A DNA stretch of 64,000 nucleotides from Hydrolagus colliei (lineage: Eukaryota): NCBI GenBank assembly GCA_035084275.1, contig CM068749.1, positions 19,468,001 through 19,532,000 of the forward strand, in the 5' to 3' direction. This document shows, piece after piece, positions 52,941 through 64,000 of this stretch. The stretch's first letter is position 1. Each line of letters opens with the position of its first letter. A model generated the notes under the pieces. It ran no database searches. It was not told the origin of the DNA and saw only the letters and a list, made by a program, of their open reading frames with translations. The position numbers were made by a program, and so were the translations under genes.

Positions 52941-55122
52941 GTTGTATTTCTCAACAGTGCGAAGTGCTAATTTTTTTTAAACACACTTTTGGGTTACAAA
53001 AATAGAGGAGAATAATAATTATAAATATGGGGAGAGAACATATACTGTATATTATTAATTGAACAAATGAAAAACCTAAGCATGAAATAATTGGCATATC
53101 TACTTCAGAGATAACCTGAACAATTTATCCAGGGTTTAACATAATGTTTGAGTCTCTGCCTTGAAACATAAACAGCCTCAGTTTGATTTCAATTCCATAT
53201 CGTCAATGAGCACCAGAGTAAAATGTCCCCTTGCATTTTTATATACCGACATAACACTATTTTATTAGATATGGCAGAGAGACTTGAGATAGGCTTTTAT
53301 GGATCACAAAGGCAGATTGTTAAATTAATGCTGCATTTATACCTCATATTTGGCAGTCATTCTCCGCCAATGCGTAATAAAACAGGAGCCCAGGCAGCAT
53401 GTGATAGTCTCTTTAATAATATAAAGCAACAGATCATTGCAATCTGGACCTTGGTGCTTCACGAGAGAAAAAGTAGTCTTTACAACATAATTCACAAGGT
53501 ACAATTTGCAGCCATGTGGATAGGCTAGTACAAATAGGATTTCCCCCTTCACAGCATTTGCAGTGTTATAAACGCAGCATTAAGTAGCAAAATGTTTTGT
53601 GGGTTTGATGTGTGTTTTATAGTCTTTGTCTGATATCTTTAACATTTTAGGGAGTGAGAAGCTGCTCACAGGAAACAAGAGCAAGTCAGGTGAGGATATA
53701 AGTGTGAAGATGTGTGGTCTTCAGCAGTAATTGATGCAAATTACATTCGTTTGTTCCAAGTTTTAAGTGTATTCATTGTCTTCAGAATAACTACTGTACG
53801 TAGAAGGATGGTTGCATAAGAAAATATATTCTACTCACATTTATGTTTTGAGGAATAATTTATTTAGGCAAATGGTCAATCGTATTGGTTGAAAATGTTA
53901 AAACCTGTCGAGAGCGAGTCTGACAATCACAACAAGCTTTCTTTGATCGAGCATTGGATAATTATATGGAAATATTCTGAGTTAAAATTAATCTTGTGGT
54001 GCCACCCCATTATGCTGATATTGTTCATGACTTGCGTTGTGCAGATACCATTAGTTGCATTCTGATCAATGGAAATCAGATAAGCTCTCGTTCCACAACA
54101 GCAATAAAAATTGTATGGTTTGAAGGCCTCAGAAAGAAGACTTGTGTATTTTACATATTAATACTAACATATGCATCTTGGTGAATTAAAGATCATTAAT
54201 GTGATCAAATAGGAAACATAAACTTCATAGCTGGATGAGGGTTCGTTTAATGGTATCGACGGTATAGTATTTATAGATTTATTAAAAATAAAGGTAAGAC
54301 AGATTTATATTGCTATCTACTTGTGTATAGACAGTATTCTCAGATCGTTTATAATGATTTGCATACCTAATAAGAGAAGCTAATTAGTTTTAAGCCAAGA
54401 ATATAATTAATTTTACGTCAAGTGCCAATCATGCCTCAAATCTATGACTCTAAAATCACAGCATGCATATACAATGGATATTAAGTCACTTTAGCTCCCA
54501 TTAAAAAAATGTCCCCAAAATGCGGCTTTGTTGAATGCAAGATACTGCAGTGGAGTACTTTTATACAGTCTGAAAAACAGACATACATCACTTAGCTTTA
54601 CACAGATATATTTAACATCTCCAACGGAATTAATAAAGCAACACTATAAAACACGTACATGAAAAAAAAGCACGTTCCTAAATTTTGTTCCAATGAATCC
54701 TGCTGCCTTTCTCTGTTCTGCACTGATCCCATCTCCTGCCCAGTTTTGTGGTTGCAAAACCTGGCTCATCTGTAACAGATCTTACATTGCTTTGGGACAT
54801 CTTCCCGACGTGAAAGTAACTGTATGAACGTCAATTTGTAATTATAATTTGTATCGTATGTGCGTCAAACTATACTTTAGTGTTTTATGGGTCACTTGTA
54901 TTACGGGAACATCGAAGAGCAGCTTTGTTAGAACCTCTAAGGCTTTGGCCATCAACCCAGGTTTTCATTGCAGCTGATGCTATGCTTGCAGCAATGCTTC
55001 TTCTATTCTCTGGTAAGATTACATTGATCATTTGCTGCAAATGATAACTTCCAAGACAAACTGGGAGGTGGCTGAGGCAGTGTTCATACTGCTGTACCCA
55101 GGCCCAAGCAGTTGGCAGGCGG

Positions 55123-55456
55123 AATAATAATAAGAATAATCATCGCATTTTGATATAGCGTTTTTCACATCTTCTAGACGTCTCAAAGCATTTGACAGAA
55201 TGTACTATAAAGTGAATTGACTGTATATTTGTGGGTGAAACACAGCAGCCAATTGCGCACAGCAGTGTCTCACAAACAGTCGTGGATTGAAATGACCAAT
55301 TTTATTATTGTGTTTTTTTTGAGGGATTATTATTAGGTGTGTGTATATATGGAGTAAGGAAACTTGCTCAAAGTTTCGCCCTGACCTGCCTGGATTCAAA
55401 CTCAGGTCTCACTCTTGTAAGGCAAGTGCTCTAACCACTGAGCCACACTACTCCAC
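55123..55456 (-). mobile_element. Full-length tRNA/Deu SINE
   Basis: Reverse complement of head, core and tail. Confidence 0.92.
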
Positions 55457-56267
55457 ATATGACTGAAATGGTCCAGTTCTTAGATATTGTCAATGATTAT
55501 ATTAGTTCCATCTTATTGATTAATTTGCCAAATGAAATGTATGTGAAGGAGTCACCCTGCCTCAGCTCTCCCCTTTCCCATTTGCTTCTCAATCCCACTG
55601 ATGATATTCAGTATCAGTATAAGTATTCAGGGGACAAAAAGGAGGCTGGAGCAAGTAAAGCGGAGGCAGTGGTTACTGCTGTGAAGAGAGAAAAGTTTAG
55701 AGAGATGGGAGGTGCCAAGGAATTAAGGGACATTTTATCAACCACTAAAATACACAGCCAAAGTGCTTTGCTTTCAATGTGTTTCCATTAAGAAGCCAAG
55801 CAGACGTACATACAAGTGAAGATGAAGATTTCTATTTCTGATCTCCCAGATGAAGATCAATACTCTACCACCACCACAACAGCTCCTGATTTGGGATTGT
55901 TAATGAAAACATCATTCAAATAGAACATTTGTTTAAAACAGCTGCGGGACTTCCAATACGTTGTCAAGTGTTGACTGGCTGTTGGTTTAACCTATAAATT
56001 ACCAATTAAATAACCTCCTCTAATTTTTACTTCCAATTATCTGACACCTATAATGCAGTACAGTAGAGCATATATTTATTGGAAAAAAATACTAGATATG
56101 GCATTGTACAATACCAGTGGGACAAGACTGGTATCAAAGCACTCGCAACACCAACACCAATTAGCATTTATATAGCGCCTTTCACACTGGACGGCATCTC
56201 GGAGCACTTACAGAGGGCAGTGTAGAGCAAAATCTCCAAATTAGAAGCTGGAAAACTAGGAAACTAG

Positions 56268-56440
56268 TGCTTTCAGCCACTACACCTCAAAACTCTGTCA
56301 CTCTCTCCCCCAAGCCCTTTGCCTCACCCCCTCGCTTCCTCCCCACTTTCAAATCCCGCCTAAAGACCTTCCTGTAGAGTCCTGTAGCTCAGTGGTTAGA
56401 GCACTCGCCTTACAAGCGAGAGACCTAGGTTCGATCCCAC
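56268..56440 (+). mobile_element. L2 ORF2 C-terminal fragment followed by an isolated tRNA-derived SINE head
   Basis: Translates AFSHYTSKLCHSLP...PTFKSRLKTFL, matching the L2 AFS..AP.LWNSLP...FKS.LKT.LF motif. It is followed by cctgtagctcagtggttagagcactcgccttacaagcgagagacctaggttcgatccc. Confidence 0.75.
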
Positions 56441-57467
56441 CAGAACTGGGTTAAACTTACAGAGGTACAGAACAGCTGGGTAAAAGCAAACATAGTTGCT
56501 GCAGCAAGAAAGATTTCCATAAAAGGATAGCCCACATTTTAGGAATTAAGTTCCTATTCCTGAAAGATTAAATAAACCATACGTATCACATGGTGGAAGT
56601 CATTGGACCAAGCTTTAAAATGCCCTTTCATTTAAAATAAACCTGCGTTTGCATCAAGAATTTTTCAAAACGATAGGATAGACATGATGAAGTAGACATC
56701 TGCTTGATAAGAATATAAACTTAGTCTGATCGCGTTTAATGGTTTAATCTAAAAAGAGAGCGTTTCTCAGAGGACATTTTGTTCTCACTGCAGATGTGTA
56801 CGCAGATTTTTGTTTGCTGCAGTCAGACAAAGATCGTAACTTCTCATCACGGATAAAACATTTTGCTGTGTGAGAAACATAAGCTTGTCAAATCAACAGA
56901 ATGACTTTTTTCCATTTAAAACAACACAATAAAACACACGGTAGGACATCATTGCTATTCTATTCTAATCATTCACTTCTGCAGAGAAAAAAAGAGAGAA
57001 AAACACATGAACCAAACAGTGTGAATGATTTACAAAGAGCCGGTGCTGGCAATAAACTTCCACAGGTACACGTTTGTGATCCATAAGCCTTCAATCACGC
57101 AATGACACTCATCAATCACAAGTGTCCCTTGCTGCATGCTCTTTTCCAGCCATTCTCTGGTCAAGTCAATTGATCCGAAAGCAAGATTCTGAATATGGAA
57201 TGTCTACTTGTCACACTGAAGCCATGCAGCAGCATTCATTAGCAGCTCTCTGCTCTGGGTATGAGAAGATGGATGACCTTTTTGTTGAGGCTAGTGCTGC
57301 TACAGTTACCCCAGTTTGCCCAGTAAGCTCAGATACAGACGCTGAAGAAATATTTCCACACGTTATTTTCATAGACAATATGGATGATACGTAAAGATAC
57401 TGCAATACTCCATGAAAGCAAAATCGGTACGCCATATCCACCATGTTCCTCGGTTACATTTTTAATG

Positions 57468-57524
57468 TCATTTTGATGCTGGTGTTGTTAATATGGAATG
57501 TTAACAACACCAGCATCAAAATGA
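57468..57524. repeat. Perfect 24-bp inverted repeat with a 9-nt spacer
   Basis: Arms tcattttgatgctggtgttgttaa and ttaacaacaccagcatcaaaatga flank tatggaatg. Confidence 0.97.
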
Positions 57525-58779
57525 ATGTTTTGATGAAACCACTCGCTTTTTGAATGACATTCTGGACGATTCAAAAAAAACCGAAAGCGACTAAACCAAT
57601 GCAAAAACGATCCAATATAAATAAACATGTTTTAGTTTTAGTTCACAATCCACGTTATTCAAGTGAAATGATTTGGAATTCAGGAGCAAGCCAAAACAAA
57701 ACTTTGCACCTCTGAATTGGAATATTTGGGTTGATTGAAAAACAGGCAAACAATCCCTTGCTTTTAAATTTGGTGGAAAAAATATGGGAGTGTGCCCATG
57801 AACTATTTTAATGTGGTCCAATCAAAATCTACTCACCATAATAGCCATTGAGTTAGATGTAGATCTAGATTCCCTGCAGGTACAAGCAGGTGCACACTGG
57901 AAATTCATTCCAGTAAATAATGGTTTCTAATTTCAAACTCACTGAGAAGAGAAATGGTCAACGTTGGACAGGCTATTGACATTAAACACTAACACTATCG
58001 CATTGGTTTGCCGTTAAGGTTTTTGCCTCCGATTAATAACCAGATTTCTTTGTGGTAAACGGTAGGACGAATTATAACTTTTTATTTGATTGTGGGAGGT
58101 CAAGAAAATATTTATATATATTGCTTTCTCTGTTACAAACATACTGGAAGTGTTGTTAAACAGCATAGCCATGAATGGAGCATAGCCATGAATGGAGGAA
58201 TTATTTTATGCAGCCAAATCCTCCTCTCACCAGTACAATACCAAGGCTCGCAGACTTCAGAGAATCTTGGTAATGCAATGTAGGAATGGCCTGGAATGCA
58301 TGGCGGATTATTCCGTCTCAGTAAGCATTCCAAACAAGAAAAACAAAAAAACTAATTTTAAACCAAGTATAAAATGATGAAAAATTCATGTGATACAGTA
58401 TTGATATGTTTTCATAAATATCATGGCAGATCTGGCTACTGGAGTGTGATTGTATAACATCCTACTTGCAGACCTGACATCCTATTCTCCTATGAATTTG
58501 TTACTGGTGTTTTTATGTGGTTGGTTCCATTCAATGCATAAGATACATCACACTGGTAGTCAGGATGCAGCATTACATAAACAACCCTCTATTGCCTTGG
58601 ACTTCAGGAAAAATGGTACTTAATATACTGCCTTTCCTTAAGTCACAACAAGACTATTTCTCTGCAATTTTGTGCCTCTGTGGTCCCATAACTATTGCAG
58701 TGCAATATTATATGTTCATATCACTATAGCTATCAGTGCAATGATGTGTCTCTACCCAGCACTTGCTATCATGTAGAAG

Positions 58780-59150
58780 AATTGACATCTCGGTTACATT
58801 TCCAGCACATTCACAAGATTGTTCTGGCAGTGTCCTGGCCTCTCCCACCTTACCTAACAACCTCTTCCAGTCAATAATTATTCTCTGCCTAAAGAAAAAC
58901 TTCCTTTTACAGCTCGAAATCTATGTCCCCTTGTTCTACTGCCTTGTTGCATTTGAAAATAATAGTCTGAGTTTATTTTTTCAATCCTATTTAAAATTAT
59001 GTACTTTCATGTATTAATGTACTAGAACCATCAGGTCCTCTCTGTCATCTTCTCTCAAGCCTGCTGAGCCCTAGCTTGTTTAGTTGTTGCTCATTCGCAT
59101 AATCCTGCTGATCTTCTTCATTGCTCCGTAGAGTATTGCTTCATTGTGAA
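58780..59150 (-). mobile_element. Old degenerate CR1-like 3' fragment
   Basis: Layout loosely parallels the CR1 copy at 51403-51935 (tatgtccccttgtt..., ccctagcttgtttag). Confidence 0.5.
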
Positions 59151-60669
59151 ACAGACCAACCTCACCCAGTCCAATAGGCTTAAGAATTTTGGACTAGACT
59201 GCCCTCTGGAATAAAAATGAGGTTTCTCAACAGACTTCCAAACAGCACTACACAATTTCTACAGAAAATTCCCTTCTAAATTTAGGCTGCATATTAAACA
59301 ATTTGCAAACTTGTTAATGCAAATTTCTAATAAGCATTGAGAATGGGGCACAACTCTGATGGGAACTATAATGTGGCCAACACCACCAAATGTTGGACGC
59401 AAATTTTACCCACAATGTTTGAAGCATAAAAGCAAAAACATATGCAGATATAGCAATATTAATCTGAAACAACAGACCTAAAATAGTGATGTTTGTGGAA
59501 AGGTGAAGTAATGCTCCCTGTGGAATTTTTATGGTGTACAATTTGTCCATGCAACATTATTTGGACACTTATGAAACTATTAACATCCCCTGAAAAATAT
59601 TACAGTACAGTATTTGGTTTAAAAAAAGGCATGTATACAAAATCCATTTTTGAAAGCGCAGAGTTAATGATAGGACATTATCCTTTTTTTTTCAAACTTT
59701 GGTTATTAGTTTTGTTTTAATAAACAAATCAAACAAAAGCAAATTAATTCCCCCACCCCCTCCCCCACCACCCTTCCCTCTCTCACACACACATCCCCAG
59801 TAAAACAGTGGCTTGTGGGCATGATAAAATAACATTATCCCCCCGAACTGTTATAGTTCCTGCTGTGTTTTTCTTATTAGATCGGATGGAATACAGCATT
59901 ATGATCTTATGCTGATTGGTACATCACTGTGGGGACTACAGATAATTCCAATTATAGTAAAAAAAAACAGCTGTCCTTATCGAGCATTTCATGTCAACTT
60001 CAACTTCAGCACAAGCCAAATTGAAAATGTTAACCAACGCTGGCGTTGTTGCATCAAGAGGACAATTGTTTCCAGTGACAAAAATAATTATTTTTACCAT
60101 TTGGTTTTCCACCGAGTACAAAACAAAATCCATTTCAAACCCTTCATCTCATTTGAATTTGCACATTCTTCAAAGGTATAGTTGTGTGATTTCAAAATGT
60201 GCAACACACCCCAGTTATTCATTTCTTAATCCCCCCAGAAAACAACTATGAGTGGGGACTCGCATTGGAAACCAGCCTGAATTGAATGTCAGCACGATCT
60301 CAATTATTTTACAATTAGAATATATTCCTAACATCGGGGTGCTGATTTCAAATGGATCTGAAGTTTAAATTCTTGTGTATGTATTGCTCTCCCAATCGTG
60401 CAGCACATTTTGCTTATCCAGACAGAAACGTTGACATTCCAGTTTCAAACAGATTCAAGTGTCAACTGTCCTGAATGCAGGTCAAACGAATGAAGGCATT
60501 TTAAAGTTTGTGAAGTGCATTTCGACTTGGCTCCATTTAAAAGAGCATAATAAATACTGAATGAGAAAAAGGTTATTTGATCCATTAAGACCATATTTTT
60601 AGGTGACATTGTAGAATTTTCTCCATCAATTTACTTAGATGTCCGATCAAAGATTTCCAAAATGAACCT

Positions 60670-60805
60670 CAGATATTTCCAATTTGCCACTTGCTTTCCA
60701 TTATGTTTAACTTGCCATTAATTCCAGAAACTTGATTTTCGTTCAGCAGCCTTTCATCCACAATTTCATTAAATGCTTTCTGGAAACCTAAATAATTTGT
60801 AGCCA
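60670..60805 (-). mobile_element. Degenerate CR1 reverse transcriptase fragment
   Basis: YLGFQKAFNEIVDERLL...GINGKL resembles the CR1 RT motif YLDFQKAFDKVPHKRLL...GI.G. Confidence 0.7.
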
Positions 60806-60809
60806 CTGT

Positions 60810-61160
60810 ACAACAAACAACAACAAAACGTACATTTATATAGCGCCTTTCACGTCGAGAGGATGTCCCAAGGCGCTGTACAGTCAGGTAGGACAAGAGC
60901 AGGGTGGGAAGGATCAGGGCAGGATGAAGAATAGTAGGAAAAGTAACTGTATATTAGTGGGCGAAACGCGGCAGCCAAATTGCGCACAGCAGTGTCCCAC
61001 AATCAGTCACGGAAGTGGGACTAGGGGCAAAAGGGGGTAAAGAAGCAAAAGGGGAGGGGTCGAGGCAGGGGGAAGAAAAGCAGGAAAGTCGACTGTATAC
61101 ATGTGGGCGAAACGCGGCAGCCAAATTGCGCACAGCAGTGTCCCCACAAACAATCGCGAA
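60810..61160 (-). mobile_element. Chimeric SINE: duplicated Deu core, spacer and L2-like tail
   Basis: L2-like tail at 60810-60885. The core gtgggcgaaacgcggcagccaaattgcgcacagcagtgtccc occurs twice, at ~60958 and ~61103. Confidence 0.85.
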
Positions 61161-61470
61161 AATGGGGCCAGGGGAGAAAGGGGGAAAAGAGGGTAAGGGG
61201 GGAGAGGGAGGGAAAGGTGGGATGGGTTAGGGTTAGGGAGGAAGAGGGGGGAGAAAGGGGGGTAAGGAAGAGAGGGAGGGAAAGATGGGTGGGGGCAAGA
61301 TCAGGAAGAGGGAAGAGGGAGGGAAGGGGAAAAGGGAGGAGAGAAAGTGGGGAAAGGGAGTGAGGGAAGAAGAAGATGGGGGCAGGGGTGGGGGGAATCA
61401 AACAACAATAATAAACAACAAAAGCAATAATATTAACAACAAAAACAGCAACAAACAACAACCAACAATC
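61160..61470. repeat. Polypurine (G/A) low-complexity tract followed by (AAC/AAT)n
   Basis: About 240 nt of nearly pure G/A on the plus strand, then an AAC-rich tract. Confidence 0.9.
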
Positions 61471-61829
61471 GTCCAGCAACCACTCCTTGTCCTCGCCGCC
61501 CGCCTGGATGATCCCTGAGATGGCGGGAAAAAAGGGCCCAGTGTGGTGTCAGGCCCCAAAACCGACCGTCTGCTAATGCACAGTACAGGTCTGCTAATGC
61601 ACTTACCATTGCAAAGAATGTAATGGACCTAAGTGGATGCTTCTAAAATGATGCAAAATAATGGCCTCTACATTCTTTACATGAACAAGGTATTAAATGT
61701 CTTCCATAAGGATGTCAGACTAATCACTTTTCCCCCACTCGCTTCATATCTTGGAACGTTTTGGCACACTAGGATACAATTTAACGTGAAGAATGTGAAA
61801 AACCCCTTCAAAATTTTTTTAAAAAAAAT

Positions 61830-62012
61830 AATGATAATTTGGTCATTCAATCTACGACTGTTTGTTGGACACCGCTATGCACAATTGGCTGCTGCATTTC
61901 GCCCACAAAATATACAGTCAATTCACTTTACAGTATATTCCATGAAGCGCTTTGAGAAGTCTCGAAGATGTGATACGGCGCTATATCAAATGCAAGGATT
62001 ATTATTATAATA
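61830..62012 (+). mobile_element. SINE 3' half
   Basis: Core and tail of the family. Confidence 0.88.
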
Positions 62013-62319
62013 ATTTACAATGCTCTGGTCCTCATTTCAGCACCTCTATATTCAAAGCTCGTAAAGATATTAACCATGCTGTTCCCAATTTCCTTGAACA
62101 TTCTGAAACAAATCTGGTTCAAGTGTCCTGTGGATACTTAAGTTCTATTTATAGATTGTTGTGCATTATGCCACTTTAGATAAGTCACATGTCTCACAAT
62201 TGCCTAACCATTTCTAAATCATTTTGTGAAGCTTTTGCTACATCCTTGGTCTCCAGTATGTCATCAGCAGATCTGACCACTTTATTTGGTGGATTCGGTT
62301 CCCCCGCCATTGACGTAAA

Positions 62320-62640
62320 TAGAAGAAGAACGTGCATTTTCATCGCTCTTCATTACATTAAAACAGCACAAAGCACCTATTGCCAAGTGTAATTACTGTC
62401 AAATATAGTGACTGTCTTGAGTTAAATGCTGCCAGCATTTTGTGCACAGCAAGGTCCCTCAAACAACCAAGAAGGGAATCAATCGCCTGAAGGATTGTTA
62501 GTCAGAACGCTAGGAGAAATCTCTTTCTGAATAGTGTCTTGAGATCTTTAAAATCCACTTGAAAACACAGGGCCTTGGTTTAACTTGTCACCTTAAATAC
62601 CACTGATAATGCAACATGCCCTTAATACTACAAGTGCCAA
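62320..62640 (-). mobile_element. Ancient Deu-domain SINE relic
   Basis: Degenerate tail, core (ttttgtgcacagcaaggtccc) and an upstream Deu-like segment (gagatctttaaaatccac...ggccttggtttaac). Confidence 0.6.
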
Positions 62641-64000
62641 AGTAACATTTGTTAAAGGGATTCAGTATTTTCCTGATATTTCCTCATAATTTTACCTCTA
62701 TATATTTTTGTGGGGTTTCAAAGAGGATCTTTCAAAATATGATGCAAATGATAAGATCCCAGTTGTCAGCCAGGAATAATAAATGGATAAGTGGGTTTAT
62801 TTCAGTTTTAAAACAAAACAACAGACACAACAATTCATTTTGATCTGTGTTGGATTGTTGGCTCTCAAATAGGGGGAATCTTTGTACATGGACATGTTGC
62901 GTTAATGTCTAATCCACCAATATAGATTTAATGAAGGAGTTCAGATCTGAACATATAAACCATATGGTTAAGGCTATGTGTAGGATACTAACTACATCTA
63001 TGTACAGTATATGTATAGAATGTCACCAAAATTGTATTTGTTGTAAAAAAAAGGTATACATGAGCTGTTTTGTGAGAGTGGACTAAATGAGCTGGAAGAA
63101 TATCTGGTTAAGAACAGGGATTCAAGGTTGTAAGGATAAGTATAGAGATAGAGGATTAAATACTCTTTGAAACACTATGGTTTCTGTCCCGTTGGGACGA
63201 TGGAAATGCCATCCGAGAAAAGCAGCCAGTCAAGGCTGAATAATGTAGATTATGCTGTTAGATTGAAACCTTGGGAGTTTTTGCTCAATTACCTTCAAGA
63301 AGGGAGAAATGTCAGCGTTTTTCTTGGAAGTTTTACTTGTGGTTCACTTCCCACAGGAGATTTGAGTAAGTTAGGAAGAGTCCATGAAAGCGTGCATGGT
63401 TGGTAGTACAAATAAGTGGATTCAATGGGTCACATTCCTTTTCTAATTCCACACCTTTTAGGACATATTTTATCAACGGTCATTGGGTATTCTGGTTACA
63501 TTTTATTGGATACTTTTGTGGATACTTTTCATTTTATGAATCACATAAATTAAAAAGGCAATACTACCGCAGCAGAGAATAACTAACAAAACACAGTCTG
63601 AGCATTGATCCTGGAAACTTTTTGTCGGCATGATGTAATTGCACACGGCACAGTGGCTTCAACAACTGAGCCATCATAAGAATCCTTTGAACTGTGTTTA
63701 AATCAAACTCAGTATGTGATCGGTGGAGTCACTTGTGAGGGGGTCAAAATATTTAAGTTATTGAGGGAATAACTGGATGGACAGCTCTTCACAGTTCTTT
63801 TTATATAGTGCAGGCAGGAGAATATTGATGCAATAACATACTTAATACTGTATATAGGATTAATACAAGTGAAAAATAAAATATCAAACAGGAACAGAGC
63901 AGTAGAATTAATGTTGAATTTTCTTTTAAAAATTGTTATCCCTACGTTTAATATTTGTAGTTTAGAATTATCATGGTGATATTAATAATTTGATCACTCA

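Noticed and set aside
56378-56440. tRNA-like sequence (also at 10091, 29384 and 52132)
   Set aside because: It matches the head of the SINE family and lacks a complete acceptor stem, so it is not a tRNA gene.
58162-58197. Exact 17-bp tandem duplication (also a 14-bp direct repeat at 61568-61602 and degenerate repeats at 7655-7722)
   Set aside because: These are ordinary slippage duplications with only two units. They are not a CRISPR-like or other array.
61015-61518. Several overlapping G/E/R/K-rich or P/L/S-rich ORFs
   Set aside because: They come from a low-complexity polypurine tract that lacks stop codons.

Overview
Vertebrate genomic DNA, most likely from a cartilaginous fish (inferred from the repeat families). 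The window lies inside the dihydropyrimidine dehydrogenase gene (DPYD) on the minus strand. Nine consecutive coding exons, matching human DPYD exons 4-12 (88, 162, 197, 82, 88, 108, 170, 211 and 185 nt; 1291 nt in total), splice in frame with canonical GT-AG sites. They keep the Fe-S, FAD and NADPH motifs. I found no exon 3, so 36797-64000 is read as intron 3 (>27 kb). The introns hold more than 20 copies of a tRNA-headed Deu-type SINE, many short L2-like 3' tails, L2 and CR1 LINE fragments and a Penelope-associated repeat. The best leads are: a plus-strand (antisense) splice-signal cassette with a small ORF, a perfect 24-bp hairpin and a polyA signal at about 56.96-57.63 kb; inverted SINEs tightly bracketing exon 11; a chimeric SINE with a swapped tail; a decayed hammerhead-like motif; and a diverged ~95-bp local duplication. 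None of these is a demonstrated new system. Repeat boundaries were read by eye and are approximate.
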